Source of the DNA: Eledone cirrhosa
Lineage: Eukaryota
DNA length: 64,000 nt
Assembly (NCBI GenBank): GCA_964016885.1
Contig: CAXHJY010000431.1
Location: 1-64,000 of the forward strand
Direction: 5' to 3'
The translations under genes were made by a program, and so were the position numbers. This document shows positions 1 to 10,550 of this stretch, one piece after another; the stretch's first letter is position 1, and each line of letters begins with the position of its first letter. The notes under the pieces were generated by a model. The model had not been told where the DNA came from and ran no database searches. It saw only the letters and a program-made list of their open reading frames with translations.

Positions 1-1137
1 AAGTGAATGGCAAAGAGATGTAGGGATATTGTCGAGTCCAGGTTAGCCGACCAAATATTCACTCTGCGGCAAGTCTTCGAGAAATCGTCTGAGTTTGGGC
101 CTAGAGGCGTATGCTTGTTTCATGAATCTCGAAAAAAAGCATACGACCGCGTTTCACCGGACTTACTGTAGAACATTCTTAAAAAATATGGGAACAGTGG
201 ATAGCTTCTTGTTCCTTTGAAGTCCCTATACGAATTCCCTAATATTTGTGCTCGGATAATTGGTACTAAGCCATTCAATGTAGGCATTTGATTCCGCCAA
301 GGGTGCGTACTGTCGACTATCCTATTCGTGAATACGCAACCGATTTGGTAATGACATGAAGACCGATGAGCTTAGGGTCAGTCGGTTGGAATTATCAGAC
401 AACAAAGTACTACTTAACTCGTCGGAATGTGATTTCCGACATGCGCTAGATAGGTTTGTTGAAGAATGTTGCACGGCAGGAATGAAAAATCAGTGCTGCG
501 AAGACTGATCCTCCCAAGAAAACCTGCGTGGTGCACTATGCATGTGAAAGGAGTCACAGTGAATTTTGTGGAGAAGTTCGAGTATTTCGGGGCCATTTTC
601 ACAAGTGATGGAAGGTAAGAGGCTAAATTGAATTCATGAATTGCTGGAGTTGATGCACTAATGCGCCAACTTCAGCACTCTGTTATCAGAAGAAGGGAAG
701 TAAAAAGGAAAATCGTTATCTTAATTCAGTGTTCGTGTCTATCCTTACTTATGAATCTTGGGCAATAACCTAAAGAATACAAACGGTAGAAATGGGGTTC
801 CTCCGAAGGATCTTTGGAGTAACGTTACACCATAGGGTGCATAGCTCGGAGATCACAGCTCCAGTACTACGGATATGTGGTTAGAATGTCTATGGAAAGA
901 ATCAACGGGTAGATTTTACAGGCAAAGCCAAGTGTTAGGAGATCCAGAGGCAGATCACGAGCATGATGATTGGATAACATCCATGAACCTGACTGGTCTT
1001 GCTTGGTGATCCAGTCGGATCAAGTAGTGATAGTTGCTTCTGACAGGACTCACTTGACGGTGTGTCTGAGGACTCTGACTCTAAGACACCCCCAGGAATA
1101 AATAGGTGAAGAAGAAGAAGAAGAAGAAGAAGAAGAA
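1..1137 (+). mobile_element. Degenerate RTE-clade LINE, 3' part, with (GAA)n tail
   Basis: Broken RT-like frames (KAYDRV ~137, RQGCVLS ~295, VEKFEYFG ~568) ending in gaagaagaa at 1108-1137. Confidence 0.7.
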
Positions 1138-1225
1138 GGTGACTTCTCTCCCTCCACCCTCTCCTCCTCCTTTGAAATTGAACTCAAAACGTAGACTAAC
1201 GGCGCAAAGTACCTACGCTCACCGC

Positions 1226-1552
1226 GTTGTGGTGGTGGTGGTGGTGGTGGCTGTTGTTGCTGTGGTGGTGGAGGTGGTTGTTGTTGTTGTTGTTGTGGTG
1301 GTGGTGGGTAATAGTTATTGTATAGTTACTGGTGATGGTTGTAGTTGTTGCTGCTGTTGCTGCTGTTGTTGATATAGTTGTTGCTGCTGCTGCTGTTGTT
1401 GTTTTTGTTGTGGTGGTGATGATTGTTGTTGCTGCTGCTGCTGTTGTTGTTGTTGTTGTGGTGGTGATGATTGTTGTTGCAGCTGCTGCTGTTGTTGTTG
1501 TTGTTGTTGTTGTGGTGGTGGTGGTGGTGGTGATGGTTGTTGTTGCAGCAGC

Positions 1553-1585
<33 letters not shown>

Positions 1586-1640
1586 GGTGGTGGTGGTGGT
1601 GGTGGTGGTGGTGGTGATGGTGGTGATGGTGGTGGTGGTA
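1226..1640. repeat. Compound (GTT/GCT/GGT)n trinucleotide repeat
   Basis: Direct reading; it explains the poly-V/poly-T ORFs. Confidence 0.95.
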
Positions 1641-1744
1641 TCTAGCATGTAGTAATCAGTTGATAAATGTTGACATTAAAACATCAGCCAAGGAGACTAT
1701 CTTTGACGATTAATTACTTTATTTGGCTGTAATTGACTTTAACG

Positions 1745-1860
1745 ACCCCGGAAGAAATACCGTCATAGACTAATAATTACTTTACTAAAATGTCATTTAC
1801 TTTAACGATCCCGGAAGGATGGAAAGAAACGTCGGCTTCGACCGATTTGAATTCAGTTTG
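1745..1860 (-). mobile_element. tRNA-derived SINE fragment (family S1)
   Basis: acgatcccggaaggatggaaagaaacgtcggcttcgaccgatttgaattc matches the copies at 21.2, 21.4 and 24.3 kb. Confidence 0.6.
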
Positions 1861-1982
1861 TGAGGGAATGTTACAATTAAATCCATTTAGTTTTCAAAAT
1901 GTGTGTATGTATGTATGTATGTATGTATGTATGTATGTATGTATGTATGTACGTATGTATGTATGTATGTATGTATGTATGT

Positions 1983-2260
1983 TGAGAGAGTGGGACTGGT
2001 TTTGTGCAGTGCCTTTGCTCACTATAAAAGCTTCACGGCACAGGCATTGCTTTATATCTGGATATCTCTCTGCACTTGTCGTCACATGGTACCATGGGCC
2101 CAGCACTATGTGTCAATAATTGTCACAAGTGTAGTTTTTGTACCAGAGTTTTCAAGTCGCTGGCTGGACTAAAAAGTCACACTCGTCAGCGCATCGGTAG
2201 GGGTTCTCCTACATGGATATAAAGTAGTGGCCGTACTCGAGAACGAGTTGGCAGCCACCA
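1983..2260 (+). mobile_element. Short non-autonomous RTE derivative (5'UTR joined to 3' end), 5'-truncated, with (ATGT)n tail
   Basis: Near-identical to 4846-5122. Its 3' part (FKSLAGLKSHTR; ggccgtactcgagaacgag) matches the end of the zinc-finger RTE at 34445-34790. (TATG)n on both sides. Confidence 0.7.
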
Positions 2261-2274
2261 TGTATGTATGTATG

Positions 2275-4650
2275 TTCTTCTGGTTTTATAATTTCACAAA
2301 TTTTTACCAATAGAGAGAGGGTCGGTTTCTAACATAGACACAAGACTCTCTCATTGGAATTTACACAACATCAACTAGGTAGATACGTATGCATGCATGC
2401 ATGTGTAGATATGGATGTTATTGTATGTGTAGATGTGCATGTTTTGAGTTCTGCATGTGTATAGGCTTAGTATCTGTACATGTGTATATGCTGTTATTAG
2501 ATGCAAAATGTTTGGAATGTTTTACATATTTTTACTGTTCCATTAATGGATTGTACTTGTAATTTCCTAACTAGTTGTGTTCTAGTAGCTTCTCAAGATT
2601 TGTATTGAGGCAGTTACTAACATACCCCAGTGCCCCAATAATCACAGGCATAAATCCGAAGGTGTAACCAGGGTGGAGTATCTGCAGATTTCTCATCAGT
2701 TCTGCATAAATATTCTCCTTTTCGCTAATCTTTGATATTATATTGGCATCTGCTGGGCAGCTAATTTCCACTACTGTGCATGCTTTCTTCTCCCTGTCCC
2801 ATATCATAATATCTGGTCTGTTATGCCTGCATTTTATTTGGGTTTTTACTGGAACATTCCACCAGTACTCTTTCATATTATGTACATGGATGTCTTCCAC
2901 ACTGCTGTAGATTTTAATGTGTTTATTATTGGGGCTATCTTTTCTACGGATTGCATTGTACATCATGCCTCATAGGTAGATAGTACCGCGATGACATCTT
3001 TGGACAGCTGCTGATGACATGGGTGACATCTTCGATTTTAATTCTGCAGAGTCTGCACTTGTTATCACATCTAGGTGTTTTGCCTGCATCCCTATCTCTT
3101 TTGTGAATCAGGTATTTCGTGTTAATTTCCTGTTCTTCGATTGCAAAAGCCTATCCTTCAAAGTGGGAGCAAATATAGCGGTTGTTGAACCAAGATAGAC
3201 TACTTTCCTTATCTATATTACTCTCACTCTGGACCTTCCTGGCAATATATCCACGCATGATTTTTTTCTGATAAGCATGCAGTTTTTCATCCATGGATTC
3301 ACTGCGATACTGCTGAGTGACTTCCCTGGGTGTGAGTTTTGATTATCAAACAGGGAATATCTCTCGAGGAGTTCCTTCCCAACTCTCATGATCTTATCTG
3401 TTTCATGCAGATAGAGTTGCTCGAGAGAAAGGCTCCTACGCTTCGAGGTTCGTAGATGTTGTCGGAGGGATATGATGCGACATTCAAATGTTGTCTGGAT
3501 TGATGTTAGGCCTCTGCCTCCCTGCTTACGTTTCAAGTAAAGGCGGTCTATGTCACTGTTGATGTGGAAGTTTCCGGTGTTGTTCAGTATTTTTCGAGTT
3601 CCAACATCAACTGCTCGGATTTCGTCTATCGTCCAATTGAGTATTCCAAACGTTGGTGTTAGGACAGGCACAGCAAACACATTGTGAGCCACTGTTTTGT
3701 TTTGCGCAGAGAGTTCCGATGACCAAATCTTTCTTAATCGGGTGTAGTATTCCCTGGTTACACGTTCTTTATTACAGATACCATTATAGGATATGTTCTC
3801 ATCTATCCCCAGGTATCTGTAGCAGTCCTCATCAGATATCGGTGAAACAGTTAGACCATTGATGACAATGTTGCTAGATTGGGTTGTTGTTTTCCCCCGC
3901 TTTACAGTCATGTATGAGCATTTATCTTGGCCAAACTCCATTCCTATATCCTTTGAGAAAGTTGTAACCAGGTCAAGATTTTTCTTCATCCCATCCATCT
4001 TCTTGGCATAGAGTATCAGATCATCCACAAAGAAATTATGGGTTAGGTTCGTATTTCTGTCCTCCTGTGAGCCAATGATGTATCCTTCACATTTCTTGAG
4101 CAGAAAGGACAAAGGGTTGAATAATATCATGATGAATAAGACAGGATGAATAATATCACAGAGAAACTGTCTCCCTGAAATATACCCCTGCGATATTTTA
4201 TTTTATCAGTGAAAATAGAGTCCCCCCCTCTCTGTCTTTAAGCTTAGGATAGTAGCCCAAGAAGAAGACAGCCTCTCTATGGCTCTGACAATAATGTCTG
4301 GGACTTTAGCAAGCTGGAGGGCCTCTATCATCCAAGAGTGGGGAACAGAATCGAAAGCTTTCCTGTAGTCCAGCCAGACTGTAGCCATATTCCTCCTAAG
4401 TTGTCGCACCTCCGACATCGCAGTTTTGTTGATTAGGTGTTGTTCAGCACATCCCCAAACCCCTTTCTTTCCAGCTGCTTGTTCATCTGTGATGATGTTA
4501 TTATTTTCACAGTGATCTTGGAGGAATAGGTTCAGGCAGGCTGTATACATCTTATACATCAGGTTCTGGCATGCAATGGGTCGGTAGTTTTTTGCCAAGT
4601 GGGTATCTTTGTTCTTGGGGACCAGTAATGGTTCTGCTAATGTCAACCAG
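2275..4650 (-). mobile_element. R4/Dong-clade non-LTR retrotransposon family A, 5'-truncated and frameshifted (RT + CCHC + RLE)
   Basis: ORFs 4206-4646 (NYRPIAC, WLDYRKAFDSVPH), 3213-4130 (FFVDD, GGRGL) and 2571-2966 (HNRPDI..VVEISCP). Both ends abut (TATG)n. Confidence 0.92.
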
Positions 4651-4691
4651 TATGTATGTATGTATGTATGTATGTATGTATGTATGTATGT

Positions 4692-5122
4692 CTTAAGAGC
4701 TCCTTAATCACCGGGAGAGATGACCCCCTAGCCTTTGACAAGGTAGAATTCTAGGAGAAGGAAAACTCTGATATAACACCTGCAACCCTGATGGTATCCA
4801 ATGATGTTGACTTGTTCTTCTTTTTGGTAAATATCATCTTGGTTAAGAGAGTGGGACTGGCTTTGTGCAGTGCCTTTGCTCACTATAAAAGCTTCACGGC
4901 ACAGGCATTGCTTTATATCTGGAGATCTCTCTGCACTTGTCGTCACATGGTACCATGGGCCCAGCACTATGTGTCAATAATTGTCAAAAGTGTAGTGTTT
5001 GTACCAGAGTTTTCAAGTCGTTGGCTGGACTAAAAAGTCACACTCGTTCAGCGTATCGGTAGGAGTTCTCCTACATGGATATAAAGTAGTGGCCGTACTC
5101 GAAAACGAGTTGGCAGCCACCA
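4692..5122 (+). mobile_element. Short non-autonomous RTE derivative, longer copy
   Basis: RTE-type 5'UTR motif ctaggagaaggaaaactctga, then the same body as 1983-2260; (TATG)n flanks. Confidence 0.7.
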
Positions 5123-5184
5123 TGTATGTATGTATGTATGTATGTATGTATGTATGTATGTATGTATGTATGTTTGTATGTATG

Positions 5185-5460
5185 TTCTTCTGGTTTTATA
5201 ATTTCACAAATTTTTGCCAATAGAGAGAGAGAGTCGGTTTCTAACATAGACACAAGACTCTCTCATTGGAATTTACACATCTACTAGATAGATATGTCTG
5301 CATGTCTGCATGCATGCATGTGTAGATATGGATGTTATTGTATGTGTGGATGTGTATGTTTTGAGTTGTATGTGTGCATGTGTATATGCTTAGTATCTGT
5401 ACATGTGTATATGCTGTTATTAGATGCAAAACCTTTGGAATGTTTTACATATTGTACTTG
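5185..5460 (-). mobile_element. Dong family A 3'-end fragment
   Basis: Matches 2275-2560 and 10551-10830; embedded in (TATG)n. Confidence 0.85.
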
Positions 5461-6166
5461 TATGTATGTATGTATGTATGTATGTATGGATGTATGCATG
5501 TATGTATGTATGTATATATGTTTAATCTTTGTATGTTTGTATGTATGTATTGTGTATGTATGTGTGTATGCATGCATGAATGTTTGTATGTATGTATTGC
5601 GTATGTATGTGTTTATGTATGCATGCATGTATGTATGTATGTATTGTGTATGTATGTGTGTATGTATGCATGTATGTATGTACGTATGTACGTATGTATG
5701 TATGAATGTGTGTGTGTGTGTATGTATGTATGTATGCATGTATGTATGTATGTATGTATGTATGTATGTATGTATGTATGTATGTATGTATGTATGTATG
5801 TATGTATGTATGTATGCATGTATATATGTATGTATATATGTTTAATCTTTGTATGTTTGTATGTATGTATGCATCTAAGCTTGGAAGAACTCATAAGAGT
5901 CAAGGGCCATCCAAAAGTGTGTAAATATGGATACACACATGTACCGCGCAGTTAAACCACCGGGAGTGAAGGACCCCTAGCCTTTGTCAGGGCATTCTCC
6001 TAGGAGAAGGCAACTTCGATGATGTTGATTTTTTCTTCTTTTCGGGTTATAGCTACTGTCGCTCAGAGAGCGGGATTGGCTCAGTGCACAGTTTTTCCTC
6101 ACTTTAAGAAATATCTACACGCACAGGTATTGCAAGATAGAATTAATTAATAATTATTAATAATGG

Positions 6167-7088
6167 AATTAAGTTAAAAATGTACATCTACATATGCATA
6201 CTGAAATACTAGTGTGTATATGAATACACACACGTATACATATGTAGGTGTACCAAGTCTTTCACTGGTCGCTTTACAGTGAGCGGCCCAGCTATTCTGT
6301 ATGTAAACACACAGACAAACCGGTTTTTAGAGTCATTCTGGAGAATAGGGGGAAGGTGTTCCCCCGAAAAACCAGTATGACTCTAAAAACCGGTTTGTCT
6401 GTGTGTTTACATACAGAATAGCTGGGCCGCTCACTGTAAAGCGACCAGTGAAAGACTTGGTACACCTACATATGTATACGTGTGTGTATTCATATACACA
6501 CTAGTATTTCAGTATGCATATGTAGATGTACATTTTTAACTTAATTGTTTAAGCGTCAGTCATACAAAAGTGAGTTACAAACGAAGCGAAATTTAATTTC
6601 GTTTCGTTATATGTTTTTATCGTCTCCGCTGAACCGGTGCGTACTCACACTCTATGCAAATTAGTCTGCCCACTACTAATTTTCATAGAAAAAGCATATA
6701 ACGATATGTGCTTTTACAATTCTCCAGAAGGGCCGGTAGATAGGTAAATATTGCTGATGAGTTGTAACAACAACGAAACTAGTTCAATATTCCTTGTCTG
6801 GCTTTCTGGAGAATAGGGGGAAGGTGTTCCCCCGAAAAACCAGTATGACTCTAAAAACCGGTTTGTCTGTGTGTTTACATACAGAATAGCTGGGCCGCTC
6901 ACTGTAAAGCGACCAGTGAAAGACTTGGTACACCTACATATGTATACGTGTGTGTATTCATATACACACTAGTATTTCAGTATGCATATGTAGATGTACA
7001 TTTTTAACTTAATTGTTTAAGCGTCAGTCATACAAAAGTGAGTTACAAACGAAGCGAAATTTAATTTCGTTTCGTTATTTGTTTTTAT
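6167..7088 (+). mobile_element. Retrozyme-like non-coding element: 1.6 x 468-bp tandem monomer, 170-bp 5' inversion, 13-bp TSD
   Basis: 6337-6620 repeats at 6805-7088 (period 468). 6167-6336 is the inverse of 6377-6546. TSD ttattaataatgg at 6154-6166 and 7085-7097. Contains an HHR. Confidence 0.85.
6747..6791 (+). ncRNA. Type I hammerhead ribozyme
   Basis: aatattg-CTGATGA-gttg(taacaa)caac-GAAA-ctag-TT-caatatt. Stem III is palindromic; flanking tctccagaa/ttctggaga can extend stem I. Confidence 0.9.
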
Positions 7089-7360
7089 TAATAATGGTAT
7101 AACGTGCAATGACCATACTCGATAACGAGGGGGCATCCATCATGTATTGTATGTATGTATGTATGTATGCATGTATGTATGCATATATGTGTGTATGTAT
7201 GTATTTATGTATGTATTTATGTATATGTGTATGTGTATGTTTGTATGTATGCATGTATGTATGTATTTATGTATGCATGTATGTATGTATGTATGCACGT
7301 ATGTATGTAATGTATGTATGTATGTATGTATGTATGTATGTATGTATGTATGTATGTATA

Positions 7361-10300
7361 TCTCTTTCTCTTAATTTCGAGTATATTTTTTTGACCGGCC
7401 ACCTTCCTGGTGGCAAGGTTGTAAAAGAAAAGAAATTGTCATCCCTTGAATCGCAAGAATGTTTTGCAAATTTTGAAGGTGCCAGCTATCGCAGCCATTT
7501 GTAGACTATGAATTAGGGAGCTCCGCTTTTTGTCCGCAAATCCAAGTTCAGTCATACTTTGGTCCAAGCGGGTTAGTATATAACCCGTAGCTCCAATAAT
7601 GATGGGTATGAAGCTAAAGGTGTATCTTGGATACTGGATTTGTAAACTCCTCATCAATGGTCCGTAGATGTCCTCCTTCTCCTGTATTTTTCTGACAACG
7701 TTTACATCAAGTGGGCAGCTGATCTCCACAACAGAACACGTTTTCAATGTGTGGTCCCAAATAACAATATCAGGCCGGTTGTGCTTTAATTTGGTGGCAG
7801 TTTTTATTTTCAGGTTCCACCAGTATTCCTTAGTGCCATCTGTCTCAATATATTCCTCCTCGTTTGTTGTTAATTTTGTTTTCCGAAGTGCGTTCCAGAT
7901 GGTTCTAGCTATCCCATCGTGTCTCATGGGAGGTAGTAGCGAGATGACATTATTTCGCAGCTGGCAACAATGTGGCTTACATCCTCGATCTTTGTTTTAC
8001 ATAGCCTACATTTATTGTCAGCTGCTGGCGCTCCTCTTTTGTGCAGCAGATATTTGGTAGGGAGTTCTTGTTCCTGTATTGCATAGAGATATCCCTCAAG
8101 GTGTGATGTCATAAACTTGTCGGAACTCCATGCCAGGCTTTTTGAGTGGTTTATCCCCTCTATGGTCTGTGTTTTATGCCTCAAGTATCCATGCACAACT
8201 TTTTCTGTAAATTGGTCAATTTTTTTATCTTGTTTGAACATTGAATAGGATCTTCCGATTTCTCTGGGTGAGAGCTTTATATCAGGCTTTATTCCATATC
8301 TCTCCTCCAGATCAGTCGCTATTCTAATGATATTTTTTTTTCATGCTCATAAACCTGGGCAAGATGGTTGCCAACCTTTTTCCTCTGTTGAAGGTGTTGC
8401 TTCAGTGTTACTATCCGGGTCTCATATGTTGTTAATATTGACCCCGGCCACCTTCCTTGCGTGAGAAGTATAGCCTATCCACATCACCATTGATGTTAAA
8501 GTTCCCAGTAATACTGAGAAGTTTTCGAGTTCTAACATCCATCTCACTTAGTTCTTGCAATGACCAGTTCAGCAGGCCAAATGTTGGCGTTAGAATTGGC
8601 ACAGCATAAGTATTGTGGGCAATGTATTTGTTGTATGCTGACAGTTCTGATGACCATATTTTCTTTACTCTTCTGAGGTATTCAGTTCTGGTTCTCTCCT
8701 TATTTATGGGTCCATCATATCTGACATTCTCATCCTGTCCAAGATATCTGTAGTTGTCACCTGACTGCAGAGGTTGTATTGTCAGGCCATTCATCTCTAG
8801 ATTTCTAGAGGAGGGCACAGCTCTTCCACGTTTTACTGCCAAATATGCACACTTGGACTCACCAAATTTCATTTTGATGTCGGTTGAAAATTGTGTAATG
8901 AGGTCCAATTGTTTCTTGATGTCATTGATATTTTCCCCATACAACTTCAGGTCATCAACAAAGAAAAGATGGGAGATACTTCTGGGCTCACTTCTTTGTC
9001 CACCTTGTTTCCTGAGTAGGTAAGATAGTGGATTCAGTGAGAGAACGAAGAGTGGCACTGACATGCTATCACCCTGAAAGATGCCCTTCTGGTAATGTAT
9101 CTTATTAGTCTTAACTTGCTCCTTCTCACCTCTAAGGATCAAATTGGTGTACCAGTTCTTGGTCAGGCGTTCAACAGCAGCTACCAATGGTTGTGGGACT
9201 TTAGCTAACTGTAAAGCCTTAACAATCCACCCATGAGATACACTATCAAATGCTTTTTGATAGTCCAGCCCCACCACAGTCATGTTTCTGCGATTCTTTG
9301 TTGTTTTTTCCTGAATCATTTTGTTGGTTAGTAGGTGATCTATGCAACCCCACACCTCCCTCTTTCCACCAGCTTGCTCAGGTGTTATGATGTTGTTGGT
9401 AGCACAGTGATCCTGTAAGAACAGGTTAAGGCACCCAGTATATAAGTTATACATGATGTTTTGGCAGGCTATTGGGCGGTAATTTTTAGCCAGGGTGGTT
9501 TGGCTATTTTGGGGAATGAGGAGAGTAGTGGCAGTTGATAACCATCTGGGCAGTTCTTGTGTGCCTTTAATGGTTTCTGTAAACAGCCGTATGAGATCTT
9601 GCCGATAGAAAGTGAAATTCTTCAACCAGTATCCTGTAATGAGGTCTGGGCCTGGCGATTTCCTATTCGACATTTTCTGTACAGCTGTTTCCAGTATTGA
9701 CCCATCTGTGTCATATTGTTTTATCTGGACATGTTGGCAGTAGTCCTGTTCCAGTTCTTTTAGCCAATTAGCTTGTCTGTTGAATCCGTCATCCGTTTCC
9801 CATACAGATCTCCAGTAGCTCTCAACCTGTTCTTTTGAAGGGGTGTCGTTTACAGGGATTGAGCTTTTGCCACCGAAGCTGCGATAAACTGATTTAGGAT
9901 CTCTGGCAAACAATCTATTTAGCACTTGTCGTTTATGTGCTGTTGACTTATATTTTAGTCTTTCTGTTGTAGCTGTGAGTTGTTGTTTCAACTAGTGTAA
10001 TTTGGAGTTCAAAGTTTTAAATTTTGTATCTCCAAATCGTCTCTCTAACTTTTTCTTTAGGTCTTCCTGGTGTCGTGTGAAGTTGCTCTCTATGTTGCAT
10101 TTCATAACGACTGCGATGTGTGAGATACTTCGTCTCAGGGACAAAATTTTGGTTTTTAAATTTCGCATCCACGCTGGTTCAGGCTTTCTGTTTGTATCTT
10201 GATTGCGTGGTTTTAGATGTGTGTTATATGATAGCAATGTGACAGCTGAAACATATAACAAAACATTAAGCGTTTCAAATGTCGGTTCTACACCTTTAGA

Positions 10301-10435
10301 TCGTATAGCCTTCAGTTAATTGCCAGCTATTTCCTTCACCGCTTCCAATTCCAATTTAGTGGGTTCTTTACTGATTCTGGTGTTGTATGGTCTGTCACTC
10401 ACATTAAGGCTGTGTATCTCTTGAAACATATCGTT
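7361..10435 (-). mobile_element. R4/Dong-clade retrotransposon family B, 5'-truncated
   Basis: ORF 8432-9991 (PGPD, YRPIAC, GIFQGDSMS, FFVDD), 7924-8241 (CRLC..H...C) and 7439-7927 (KHNRPDI..EISCP); (TATG)n flanks. Confidence 0.92.
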
Positions 10436-10550
10436 CCATGTGTATGTATGTGTGTATGTATGCATGTATGTATGCATGTATGTATGCATGTATGTATTTA
10501 TGTATGCATGTAAGTATGTGTGTGTGTATGTAGGTATGTATGTATGTATG

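Larger units (their letters stand above)
5875..7141 (+). mobile_element. Second short RTE-derivative subfamily, interrupted by the retrozyme-like insertion
   Basis: 5'UTR motifs at 5970-6135 (ctaggagaagg, gcacaggtattgc). The 3' end at 7098-7141 (cgtgcaatgaccatactcgataacgag) matches 34764-34787 and is followed by (TATG)n. Confidence 0.6.

Noticed and set aside
1106-1652. Mucin-like poly-Thr ORF
   Set aside because: Trinucleotide repeat without splice or domain support.
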